A stretch of 25,544 bases of DNA. It comes from a bacterium. Its GTDB lineage: Bacteria; Muiribacteriota; UBA6191. The notes beneath the pieces were generated by a model. That model saw nothing but the letters and a program-made list of their open reading frames with translations. It was not told where the DNA came from and made no database searches. The position numbers and the translations under genes are program-made. This document shows, piece by piece, positions 9,325 to 18,396 of this stretch (position 1 is the first letter of the stretch; each line of letters starts with the position of its first letter). The stretch lies in assembly GCA_036339875.1 (NCBI GenBank), contig JAYZAC010000193.1, forward strand, positions 1-25,544, written 5' to 3'.

Positions 9325-9999
9325 ATGTTCTTTTCACGAAAAAAGAATCCGATCGAAGAACAGTTGGAAAAATATTTAGAAGCTACCTCGAAATGTAAAG
9401 ATGCTTTTGTGGAAGGTTTGACTTATTTTACCCAAAATTCACAAGTGGATGAAGAGTATCTAAAGTTTGTTCATGCTACCAAAAAGTACGAGGGAATTGC
9501 GGATGATATTCGAGATGGAATTGAACGAAGGATGTACGAAGAGTCCTTAATTCCTGAATCTCGCGGTGATGTTCTTGCATTTCTAGAAACTTTTGATCGT
9601 ATTCCAAATACCATGGAAGGAGTCATGGAATTTATTGATGAGGTGGCTCTGTCTATTCCCGATAATCTTAGCGAACAGGATCACAAAAGATTTACTCGAG
9701 ATTTTCAGGAATTATGTGATGGGATTGCAGAGACTTTTGAGCTAGCAAGAAATTCGGCTCAATGTTTTTTTAGTAAACCAAGACGGGTTAGAGATTACAC
9801 CGTTGCGATAGATAGACATGAATCTCAGTGTGATAATGTTGAATCAGATCTAAAGAGATATGTATTTCATCATGATGGTTTTAGCGATTTACAGAAGATT
9901 CTTTTTAAGGAATTGTTCAAGAGAATCGGTGATATTGCAGATTTGGCAGAAGATTTTCAGCGTAGAGTAATCTTATTATCATTAAAAAATCTATATTGA
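9325..9999 (+). CDS. DUF47 / PhoU-like phosphate transport regulator
   Basis: All-helical pattern with two E-x3-D repeats (EGIADDIR, ESQCDNVE), LIPESRGD, IGDIADLAED; upstream of a PiT transporter. Confidence 0.85.
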   Translation: MFFSRKKNPIEEQLEKYLEATSKCKDAFVEGLTYFTQNSQVDEEYLKFVHATKKYEGIADDIRDGIERRMYEESLIPESRGDVLAFLETFDRIPNTMEGVMEFIDEVALSIPDNLSEQDHKRFTRDFQELCDGIAETFELARNSAQCFFSKPRRVRDYTVAIDRHESQCDNVESDLKRYVFHHDGFSDLQKILFKELFKRIGDIADLAEDFQRRVILLSLKNLY

Positions 10000-10026
10000 G
10001 TTTAATCGTTTAAGGGATTCAATAAA

Positions 10027-10956
10027 TTGTTTAATTGGCAGATATTATCCGGTGTATTTCTAGGTTGGTCTTTAGGCTCCAACGACTCAGCTAATGTGTT
10101 TGGAACGGCCGTCGCAACAAAAATGGTTCGATATTCTACGGCCGTAATTTTATGTGCAGTATTTATTGTACTTGGTGCTTGGATGGAGGGTGAAGCAGGT
10201 TTTCATCGTCTTTCGTCTCTCGTAGAGCAGAATGCCAACGAAGTTTTTATTTGTAGCTTAGCCTCTGGTTTAACTGTTACTTTTATGACTATTCTGACTT
10301 TACCAGTTTCAACCTCACAAGCAATTGTGGGCGGGATCTTTGGTGTTGCCTTGGCATCGGGACAAGCCGTAGACTTAGTAAGTTTTGGCAAGTTAATAAT
10401 CTGTTGGATAGGAACTCCAATTGGAGGGTTTTTTATCGCCATGATTTTGTACTGGCTTGCGAGATTGATTTTACAGTCACAGAATCTTAATTTTTTTGAA
10501 TTAGATTGGCTACTTAGGTGGGGATTGATTCTTTCAGGTATTTACGGTTCATATGCACTGGGTGCTAATAATGTTGCCAATGTTACAGGTATCTATGTAG
10601 GCGCAGGAATGTTAAGTGTGGAACAAGCTAGTCTTATTGGCGGACTTAGTATTGCTGCTGGAGTTATGACTTTCTCTAGAAACGTAATGATGACTGTAGG
10701 TAAAGGATTGATACCGTTAAATGGTGTAGGTGCTTTTGTGGCAGTATTCTCACACGCGGTTGTTGTCCATTTATATGCTCAGATAGGTGTGCCAGTCTCT
10801 ACTTCGCAAGCTATTGTAGGTGCTGTGATGGGCGTAGGCGTGGTTTTACAGCGTAAAATGGATTTTCAAAAGTTATTGCGAATATTACAAGCTTGGATTA
10901 TGACTCCAGTAGTATCTGCTATTGTAACTATTGTCTTTATCAAAATATTTCTCTAA
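10027..10956 (+). CDS. Inorganic phosphate transporter, PiT family
   Basis: Two PiT signatures (GSNDSAN, GANNVAN) and two PVSTSQAIVG motifs; hydrophobic throughout; TTG start. Confidence 0.92.
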   Translation: MFNWQILSGVFLGWSLGSNDSANVFGTAVATKMVRYSTAVILCAVFIVLGAWMEGEAGFHRLSSLVEQNANEVFICSLASGLTVTFMTILTLPVSTSQAIVGGIFGVALASGQAVDLVSFGKLIICWIGTPIGGFFIAMILYWLARLILQSQNLNFFELDWLLRWGLILSGIYGSYALGANNVANVTGIYVGAGMLSVEQASLIGGLSIAAGVMTFSRNVMMTVGKGLIPLNGVGAFVAVFSHAVVVHLYAQIGVPVSTSQAIVGAVMGVGVVLQRKMDFQKLLRILQAWIMTPVVSAIVTIVFIKIFL

Positions 10957-11220
10957 TTAGTCATTGATTTAGACGTTTTGACTGCATCTTAGTTTCAGAG
11001 CTATAAATCCTAGGACTCTCAGAGAACAGATAGATGCGAATGTTCGATTGAAGATAAAAAATCACCATTCAAATATTGTTCTCTTTCGAGGAAGTATAAA
11101 ATAGTAAGAAGGGCACACTAAGGTAGCTGTTAGGTTGTAAAGATCCGATTAGTAACAAATACAAATTAACAGTCCTAGCTTCTGGGTTCAATTGATCAAA
11201 GTACGCTACAATGTTTTGTT

Positions 11221-12501
11221 ATGAAGAATGCTGTAATACTGACACTTGAGAGAACCAGCCGTCGAAGGGCAATTTCTGGAGGTGGGCTAAGGGTCTTGGG
11301 ATTACGCTGGTTGTTAGAGCAGCTTGACTATCAGGTCATTTGTTTGCAACCAAATGAGGATGCGGATTTAGAGCCTTGGGAAAGAGTTTTCAGTATCGAT
11401 CATATACGTAGCGATGGTTACATACACCACAATATGAATGAAGTTCTACAAACATTACCCTGTGATTTACTTGTTGTTGAGCAGTGGGGACTTCTAGATG
11501 AATTACAAAGACCTAATTGTCCGGTAATAGTTGATTTACACGGTTCTTTACTTTTTGAAAACCAAGAATGTGGCTATGAAAATCCTCAACAGATGCGCAC
11601 TAAACTTTTGAGTTTGTCTAAGTCTGATGCTTTTCTCACTCCTGGCTATCGACAAAAATATTATTATCTGGCATGGGCTAAAATGGCAGGTATTCTGTCT
11701 TCGACTGATAGTGTATTACATTTACCACTTTTTTTACCGTCGCAGTTTTATCTTGAATGTAGTTCATTGGAGCGCAAAGATATCTTGGTCATGGGTGGCG
11801 CATTATGGCCTTGGGCAGACTTACAGTTTTCAAATTCTTTAAGAAGATATTTCGAGGAGCAGGGATTCGAGGTGCAAGCGAAATTGTATGAACCACTTAA
11901 ACGAAGTCTGCATCCTTCGGAAGATAATAACTGGCGAAACAAATCTAATTCAAGCATGTCTTCCAATCAGAAACCACATAGTGAGTTAATAAGTAGTTAC
12001 TCTCAAGCAAGTCTTGCTTGGGATTATTATCCTGATAGTTGGGAAAGGCAACTTGCCATTACTACTCGAACCGTAGAATATTTGTATTGTGGGCTTGTCC
12101 CTATCTATTGTAGAGGTTTAGAGCTCAGTGAATTGATCGAAAGATTGGAAATTGGAATATGCCTCAAGAACCCAAAGGATTTGCTAGATATAAGTAATCT
12201 CAAAGACAGGGTCGAAGTATGCCGCCACAATATTTCAGAAAAATTTCCAGTATGTTGGCAATTAGAGCAATGTCTTGAAGGATTACGAAAGCTTATAGAC
12301 TCAATTTCCAAAGAGAGCTTTAAGAGTGAATCATTGATTGTTAATTTGGAGTCAGATTATCGGGAATTAAGGCGAGCGATTGGTGAAGCAGAAGCCGAAA
12401 GAGACCATCTTAGGAGAGAGCTTTTGAGGGTTGAGAATGAATTGTATGAAAGTAGACTGACCAAAGAGCGTTGGAAGCGTTTGTGGATGCGAGATTACTA
12501 A
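11221..12501 (+). CDS. Putative GT-B (GT4-like) glycosyltransferase with C-terminal coiled coil
   Basis: PVIVDLHG, GGALWPW, TTRTVEYLYCGLVPI (like the K/R-x-x-EY-x-x-x-G-x-P-V nucleotide-sugar motif); heptad-rich C-terminus. Confidence 0.62.
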   Translation: MKNAVILTLERTSRRRAISGGGLRVLGLRWLLEQLDYQVICLQPNEDADLEPWERVFSIDHIRSDGYIHHNMNEVLQTLPCDLLVVEQWGLLDELQRPNCPVIVDLHGSLLFENQECGYENPQQMRTKLLSLSKSDAFLTPGYRQKYYYLAWAKMAGILSSTDSVLHLPLFLPSQFYLECSSLERKDILVMGGALWPWADLQFSNSLRRYFEEQGFEVQAKLYEPLKRSLHPSEDNNWRNKSNSSMSSNQKPHSELISSYSQASLAWDYYPDSWERQLAITTRTVEYLYCGLVPIYCRGLELSELIERLEIGICLKNPKDLLDISNLKDRVEVCRHNISEKFPVCWQLEQCLEGLRKLIDSISKESFKSESLIVNLESDYRELRRAIGEAEAERDHLRRELLRVENELYESRLTKERWKRLWMRDY

Positions 12502-12538
12502 ATTTCAAAAAAACTTGTATTAAAGACAACAATTAGAA

Positions 12539-12567
12539 TTGAAATTCCGTTTAAAAGCGGCTAGTAT
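12539..12567 (+). promoter_or_regulatory. Putative sigma70 promoter of tRNA-Gln
   Basis: TTGAAA, 17 nt, TAGTAT, followed by GC-rich discriminator-like GTGGGCGC typical of stable RNA promoters. Confidence 0.6.
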
Positions 12568-12594
12568 GTGGGCGCTTCAGATATGGAGCTGAAT

Positions 12595-12666
12595 AGCCCG
12601 TTCGCCAAGCGGTAAGGCACCGGATTTTGGTTCCGGCATTCGGAGGTTCGAATCCTCCACGGGCTG
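12595..12666 (+). tRNA. tRNA-Gln, anticodon TTG; CCA not encoded
   Basis: Acceptor AGCCCGT/ACGGGCT, D arm GCCAAGCGGTAAGGC, anticodon arm CCGGA-TTTTGGT-TCCGG, T arm GGAGG-TTCGAAT-CCTCC, discriminator G. Confidence 0.97.
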
Positions 12667-12773
12667 TTATTCTTTTCCTCAATTACTCTTTAATGAACGT
12701 CAAGTCTGGGTTAATTTATATTTTTGATACTGAACCTTTAATCTCTTTGATGAGATTATGAATAAAATTTATA

Positions 12774-13859
12774 TTGTCCATTGTGAAAATTGACTTACTA
12801 GACATAACCTGCGAGGAACTCGCAGTAGAGCTTGGAGCAGACAGTTCTCTCATAGAGGATCTCCCACGACCTGATCTAAATTTAGAAGGACGTTACAGAT
12901 ATCTCTCTCATAGGATCATGTCAAATCTATGGAAGCGTAATGATAAGCCGAATTTATCCTTAAATCTCGGTAAGCGACCTAATATCGTCAATTGGATTCG
13001 AAGTCGCACTTATGTAAGTATATCTCAGCTTCACTCGGAAAGTGTATCAGATGATTCAACTCGTAAATTTCTATGGAAACTTCAGGATGGTGAAACTATA
13101 GAGAGTGTCTTAATTCCGAGTCGTGGAAGCCAGTCATTAAATACATTATGTATTTCAAGTCAAGTAGGCTGCGCAATGGCTTGTAAATTCTGCTTAACTG
13201 GTACGCAAGGACTGAAAAGGCATTTAACAAGTTCTGAAATTATTAGTCAGGTATATACTGTTAGTCGTATTTACTCTGTGAACAAAATAGTTTTTATGGG
13301 AATGGGTGAGCCACTCCATAATTTACAAAATATTGAGAGAAGCATCTCTATATTTACTGATCCCGCAGGATTCGGGATTTCCTCCAGAAAAATTACTGTA
13401 AGTACCAGTGGTCTTGTTCCAGCAATGGAAGAACTCATGGCCAAGAGTAATATTCGATTGGCAGTTTCATTGAATGCGAGCACGGATCAGCAAAGAAATT
13501 TAATAATGCCAGTAAATCGTCGTTGGCCAATTAAAGAACTCATCGCAGGTTGTTCTAGAATCTTAAACAAAAGTTCTAAATCTGAAAGGATACTTTTTGA
13601 ATATGTTCTGTTGTCAGGAGTGAATGATAGCTTGGAAGATGCAGATAGATTAGGAGATTTATTGAAGTCAATACCCTGCAAGGTTAACCTCATTCCCATG
13701 AATACCCACAATGGTTCTAATTATAACAAGCCTACTGATGCAAAACAGATTGCGTTTAAACAGAGATTGCTATCTAATAATATAGCCGTGACTTTACGTC
13801 GTGAAAGAGGATCTGATATTCTTGCGGCATGCGGTCAACTTAAATCTAAATTTAACTGA
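12774..13859 (+). CDS. rlmN: 23S rRNA m2A2503 / tRNA m2A37 radical SAM methyltransferase
   Basis: TIESVLIP, LCISSQVGCAMACKFC (CxxxCxxC), MGMGEP, VSTSG, AACGQL. Start codon (TTG) uncertain. Confidence 0.92.
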   Translation: MSIVKIDLLDITCEELAVELGADSSLIEDLPRPDLNLEGRYRYLSHRIMSNLWKRNDKPNLSLNLGKRPNIVNWIRSRTYVSISQLHSESVSDDSTRKFLWKLQDGETIESVLIPSRGSQSLNTLCISSQVGCAMACKFCLTGTQGLKRHLTSSEIISQVYTVSRIYSVNKIVFMGMGEPLHNLQNIERSISIFTDPAGFGISSRKITVSTSGLVPAMEELMAKSNIRLAVSLNASTDQQRNLIMPVNRRWPIKELIAGCSRILNKSSKSERILFEYVLLSGVNDSLEDADRLGDLLKSIPCKVNLIPMNTHNGSNYNKPTDAKQIAFKQRLLSNNIAVTLRRERGSDILAACGQLKSKFN

Positions 13860-13936
13860 CGCTACGAAGTTCAAGTATTAAAATTTTTCGGCCATCAAAT
13901 GGCACGATATTGTTACAAACAATTTGAAGAATAGTT

Positions 13937-14311
13937 ATGGATAGTCAAAGAAATTTAAATGTTTTGGGAGAGCCTTTGAAAATTTGTGGCTGTGAACCTA
14001 TGACCGGTTTTTATCGTGATGGCAGTTGTAGAACTGGTCAAAGTGATGCAGGCCGACATACAGTATGTGCCATAGTGGATCAAGCTTTTCTCGAATACAC
14101 TAGAAATCAAGGCAATGATTTGACCACACCGATTCCTCAATTTGGTTTCCCCGGGCTTAAACCGGGCGATCACTGGTGTCTTTGTGCTAGTCGATGGTAT
14201 GAGGCATATAAAGCTGGTGTAGCCCCTAGGGTAAAACTAGAAAGTACCGAAATATCAGCGACGGCGATTATTCCATTGGAGATTTTAGAAATCCATGGGG
14301 TTTGCAACTGA
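13937..14311 (+). CDS. DUF2237 family protein
   Basis: NVLGEPL, PMTGFYRDGSC, GNDLTTP, FPGLKPGDHWCLCASRW are characteristic of the family. Confidence 0.92.
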   Translation: MDSQRNLNVLGEPLKICGCEPMTGFYRDGSCRTGQSDAGRHTVCAIVDQAFLEYTRNQGNDLTTPIPQFGFPGLKPGDHWCLCASRWYEAYKAGVAPRVKLESTEISATAIIPLEILEIHGVCN

Positions 14312-14448
14312 TTTATTAATTAATTAGCTGGTCTCTTTTCTACAAGATGTTTCGTTTGTTCGGTATGTTTTGTAATTGCTAATTGACCTTTTCCGCAGAT
14401 TTCTTATTCGTTAATTCACTTGAAAAACTTAACTGAAGGTGAATTGCC

Positions 14449-15918
14449 ATGTTTATGATTCGAAAATCACTATGCGGACTTGTTCTGATTCTAGTAACCG
14501 GTTATTTCTCTGTGCTGAAAGCTCAGCAGTCATTCAAAGGAGATATTCTCCTTGAACCGCTAAGTGGAAAGCAGGGTGAGACTCAATTAATGGTATTTGT
14601 AGCGAACCAAGGGATAGAACCCGACGCCTATGTCGATTTCTTGAATAGAATACAGAAAAAGACTGACTTTCCGCTATGGATAGCTACTGTTAAATACTTT
14701 AAAGGTTCATTATCGGCACGTGGTTTCGATAAAAAAATTGAAAGGATTAGGCGATATATTTCTTCTGTTGAACAGTCTGATATTCCAAAATTTAAGACTT
14801 GGGTTACGGGGCACTCTAAGGGGGCTTATTTAGTAAGGCGTGTTGCTGAGGAATATGCAGGACTTATATTGTTCTCATCATACTACAACCGTTTGAGTGG
14901 CCCAATTAGCGGAGATATTAATTCTTTTGATAAACCTTTACTAGTTGTTTCGGGAGAGCTAGATGGAATCACTAGACCCTCTTACATAGCCAGAGATTAC
15001 GAATCAAAGTTATTAAGTAGTGAAACAGATTATTTCAGCAAACTCATTCTTTTAGTTGAAGGAGTTAATCATAGTTTATTAGCTTTCGATGATTTCATTA
15101 TGGATGGCGATCTGCCCGCAGCGATTAGCTCTGAAAGAGGTCGCGATGAAATGGCTACGGCGGCTTCTGCATTTATAACTTATCATGACATAAGTAGTAC
15201 TAAGATAAAAACTGAGAAGACCTTAGATTTACTTAGGGAGTACGATGATTTCAGTGCACCTATTCTAAATTCATTTTATGAACTTAATCAAATTGATAAC
15301 TCTGTTTGCGAAATTGTTCAGGATGAGATTCTCGCCAATGGTTTAGGATCTTCGAACCCTTATGAGATAAAGGTTACTGAGATCACTAAATCAACTTCCT
15401 TTGCAATGTTAGAACCAAACGTAAGCATGACGCACGATGGAAATGCATTTGTTCAAGTATATAAATACAATGTAAAGCCTAATAACCCTCGTGATATAAG
15501 TTCTGGCTCTCCGGCGGTCAAGAGAATATTGTGTAAGATGAAGACAGCAAGAGCTGTTGCTGATGCTCATTGGTCAGATGCTCGATATATAAAAAATTCA
15601 TGTTCGCTAATGCAGCAAAAATTTATGGATACGGCACTTTCCAGATTGAATGAAAAACAGTTATCTCGATATCGAGACTCTGGAAATGAGATAAATTTAG
15701 GTAGCGAAAAAAAATATAAGTCTAGTTTTCTTTGGTTGTCCAATCGTGATCCCTTAGTAATCGGGTCTGATGGTAGATACGAAATTCGGAATCAAACTTT
15801 ACACAAGGATATGGGTGAGTTTATTGGAGAAGGTGGATTTGAATACTGTAAATTTATATCTCCTGCTCGTCTATTAGATTGGTATCTAACCGACGGTCTT
15901 TTCCAAAATAATAATTAA
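14449..15918 (+). CDS. Secreted alpha/beta hydrolase-fold protein
   Basis: Signal-peptide-like N-terminus; GHSKG nucleophile elbow, SGELDG (Asp), GVNH (His). Confidence 0.75.
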   Translation: MFMIRKSLCGLVLILVTGYFSVLKAQQSFKGDILLEPLSGKQGETQLMVFVANQGIEPDAYVDFLNRIQKKTDFPLWIATVKYFKGSLSARGFDKKIERIRRYISSVEQSDIPKFKTWVTGHSKGAYLVRRVAEEYAGLILFSSYYNRLSGPISGDINSFDKPLLVVSGELDGITRPSYIARDYESKLLSSETDYFSKLILLVEGVNHSLLAFDDFIMDGDLPAAISSERGRDEMATAASAFITYHDISSTKIKTEKTLDLLREYDDFSAPILNSFYELNQIDNSVCEIVQDEILANGLGSSNPYEIKVTEITKSTSFAMLEPNVSMTHDGNAFVQVYKYNVKPNNPRDISSGSPAVKRILCKMKTARAVADAHWSDARYIKNSCSLMQQKFMDTALSRLNEKQLSRYRDSGNEINLGSEKKYKSSFLWLSNRDPLVIGSDGRYEIRNQTLHKDMGEFIGEGGFEYCKFISPARLLDWYLTDGLFQNNN

Positions 15919-15938
15919 ATAAGCTACAGACGGTAGTT

Positions 15939-16535
15939 ATGAAATATCAGTTTATCATTCAGAAACTAATTTATTCTTTTTTACTGATTTACATATTTGT
16001 AAACAAGGCGGTAGCTAGTGATAAAGCAATTCATGCGGATAATCACTTAAGCAAAGAAGGTAGATTTAAGAAAGCTGTTATGTCTTCAGAGATTCCAGGT
16101 TATGGTTTCCGACATCCTTTTGTTGCCTACAGAAGAGGTAAATATTTAAGGAAAGAAGAAGCCTCAGTTTGGACTGAAGAGCGAACTGTGCATCAAGTCG
16201 AAGATAGCGAAGAATTTCTTCTTTTGGAGGTATCTTTAAGAGAAGATTTTCTTGAAAGATTCCCCGATGCTGTAGAGGGTTGGACACAGAAAGTATTAAC
16301 CGAAGACGGAGAAATAGAAGCGATTCACTTTGCAGCTAACATTCCAAGTGGCTTTGTTTACAAAACTCGTAAAACAATCAAGATTGTAAATCATTGGTAT
16401 GAACTTTTCGCTACGCCTAGACATCTTTATCATACAGGACCATGGATGAATGTAGGACAGACTTATTTGGAATCTCTGGAGCCTTCAGGATTGGAGTATA
16501 TTTTCTCTCTCGAAAAAAAATATTTTGAAAAATGA
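15939..16535 (+). CDS. Hypothetical exported protein
   Basis: 198-aa ORF in operon position; hydrophobic N-terminus ending AVA-S; no family recognised. Confidence 0.6.
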   Translation: MKYQFIIQKLIYSFLLIYIFVNKAVASDKAIHADNHLSKEGRFKKAVMSSEIPGYGFRHPFVAYRRGKYLRKEEASVWTEERTVHQVEDSEEFLLLEVSLREDFLERFPDAVEGWTQKVLTEDGEIEAIHFAANIPSGFVYKTRKTIKIVNHWYELFATPRHLYHTGPWMNVGQTYLESLEPSGLEYIFSLEKKYFEK

Positions 16536-16618
16536 GCGTTGTAATCACTTGTTTTTAAAATTTTTCGAAGTATCTTGCGGTCCTTATTGACTCACAACAA
16601 AGAGATTGAGATATACCT

Positions 16619-18103
16619 ATGAAATATTTGATGCTTTTCATAATACTTTTTTTACTATTTTCTAATGTTAAAGCTGAAGTCACCAGATCATATGATTTTC
16701 AGAAGTATTCGATTCCTGCAATTATTGAACAGCTTCAATTTATGAAGCTTAATATGTCCGAAAACTCTAATTTATTGAATGAATGGGAAACTCTTGTGGA
16801 TCAACTTGAGCACATTCCAATTTTGCCAAAACGATATCGAACCATATTGAAGGACTTCAAAAATAAACTAGTTTCAGAGTCACAACTTTCATTAGAACTC
16901 CGATCCAGACTGATCTTATCCCTCAATAAACTTATTATGGGTCGACTTCCCAATGAACATAAATTTATGATCAAATTTTCCAAAGAACAGGTACTTGATA
17001 GTTTCTTGAAACAATTTCCGGGGGCTCGTCGATTTCATTCAAAGCTTTTGTGGGTTATTTTTTCCACACGTCATGAGGGTAGAAAATTAAATAGTTTTGA
17101 TGGTTCTTTTGTTCAAATTGAAAAAGATATTCATATTTCTATGGAGCCCTTACCTGAAGATGGAGCCGCTCAGCTTCCTCCAAAATTGTGGGGGATAAGT
17201 AGAATAGGCTCCGAAACAGCATGGCAGAATGGTTTGACTGGTGATGGAGTAATTGTTGCGGTTGTCGATAGCGGAGTGAATCACGATCATTCAGGGATAA
17301 GGGATCAGATGTGGATTAATCTAGCTGAGATGCAGGGTCAAGTTGGATTAGATGATGACGGCAATGGTTTCATAGACGATGTACACGGATATAATTTCTT
17401 TGATTTAGATTCGGATTCGATGGACTACAATGGGCATGGTAGTCATGTAGCTGGCACGATTGCAGGCTGGGACCCAACTGTAAATTTCTATGGCGTAGCT
17501 CCTAAAGTGAAAATTATGTCTGTGAAGACTCATAATGCTAGAGGTTTAAGCAGCAAAAGAGCGGTTGTAGAGGGTATCCTATATGCTGCAGATAATGGAG
17601 CGCGAGTTATTAATTGTTCATGGAGTGGAGCTCCTGAGGCTGCAAATTGGAGTCAGCTACTTCATGACGCAATTGAATACGCGAGAATGAAGGGTGCTTT
17701 AGTGGTTGCTGCAGCTGGCAATAAGGGAAATTACAACGATTTAAATCCAGTGTATCCCGCATGTTATGCGAACGTAATTTCTGTAGCAGCAACAGCATAT
17801 ATTGCAGATAATGTTGCTTCATTTAGTAATTATGGAATTCGAACGGTACATGTCGCTGCACCGGGTTCTGCGATCTATTCGATGACTCACGAAAATAATC
17901 AATATATGCGTGCTTCGGGTACTTCTATGGCGGCGCCTCATGTATCTGGAGCTGCGGCATTAATAATTCAAAAGCTTCAAGAAAATCGGATTGATAAGTT
18001 CACTGCTGATGAAATAAAGCAAATATTAATGGATCATGCGATTGCAGTTCCTGGTACTGAGAATAAAGTAGCTACAGGTATTATTTCGGTTGAAAATCTG
18101 TAA
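16619..18103 (+). CDS. Secreted S8 (subtilisin-family) serine peptidase
   Basis: Signal peptide; triad VAVVDSG, HGSHVAG, GTSMAAPHV; oxyanion AAAGN; Ca-binding-type insert DDDGNGFIDDVHGYNF. Confidence 0.95.
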   Translation: MKYLMLFIILFLLFSNVKAEVTRSYDFQKYSIPAIIEQLQFMKLNMSENSNLLNEWETLVDQLEHIPILPKRYRTILKDFKNKLVSESQLSLELRSRLILSLNKLIMGRLPNEHKFMIKFSKEQVLDSFLKQFPGARRFHSKLLWVIFSTRHEGRKLNSFDGSFVQIEKDIHISMEPLPEDGAAQLPPKLWGISRIGSETAWQNGLTGDGVIVAVVDSGVNHDHSGIRDQMWINLAEMQGQVGLDDDGNGFIDDVHGYNFFDLDSDSMDYNGHGSHVAGTIAGWDPTVNFYGVAPKVKIMSVKTHNARGLSSKRAVVEGILYAADNGARVINCSWSGAPEAANWSQLLHDAIEYARMKGALVVAAAGNKGNYNDLNPVYPACYANVISVAATAYIADNVASFSNYGIRTVHVAAPGSAIYSMTHENNQYMRASGTSMAAPHVSGAAALIIQKLQENRIDKFTADEIKQILMDHAIAVPGTENKVATGIISVENL

Positions 18104-18225
18104 TGAAAAATTTTGAAGACCTCAATCATTGTCATGTAGGTCTATTAAGGCTTTAAACCAGCGTCTATATTAATGAATAATTCGTAAGACCGTATGAATC
18201 TCCACAGAAGTCAAAAAATATAACG

Positions 18226-18259
18226 AAAAAAAAACAACTCATTCATCCGAATGAGTTGT
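18226..18259 (-). terminator. Rho-independent terminator after tRNA-Thr
   Basis: Perfect 11-bp stem ACAACTCATTC/GAATGAGTTGT with 4-nt loop, followed on the minus strand by a T run (A run 18226-18234 on plus). Confidence 0.85.
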
Positions 18260-18265
18260 ATTTAG

Positions 18266-18338
18266 AGCCTGCGAGACGACTTGAACGCCCGACCGGCTGA
18301 TTACAAATCAGCTGCTCTACCAACTGAGCTACACAGGC
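18266..18338 (-). tRNA. tRNA-Thr, anticodon TGT; CCA not encoded
   Basis: Minus strand GCCTGTG-TA-GCTCAGTTGGTAGAGC-A-GCTGA-TTTGTAA-TCAGC-CGGTC-GGGCG-TTCAAGT-CGTCT-CGCAGGC-T. Confidence 0.97.
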
Positions 18339-18349
18339 CACTTATAAAC

Positions 18350-18378
18350 AGAGTATGTTTAGTTGAATATTTTGTCAA
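18350..18378 (-). promoter_or_regulatory. Putative sigma70 promoter of tRNA-Thr
   Basis: Consensus TTGACA (18378-18373), 17 nt, TACTCT (18355-18350), 11 nt before the tRNA 5' end. Confidence 0.6.
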
Positions 18379-18396
18379 GTGACTTTCGATTCAGTC

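Noticed and set aside
12774..13859. Cfr-type antibiotic resistance methyltransferase
   Set aside because: Motifs, AACGQL C-terminus and non-mobile context fit housekeeping RlmN; a phylogeny would be needed to exclude Cfr formally.
12667..18265. Genomic island between the convergent tRNA-Gln and tRNA-Thr genes
   Set aside because: No integrase and no duplicated tRNA 3' end seen in the intergenic gaps; rlmN and DUF2237 look like core genes.
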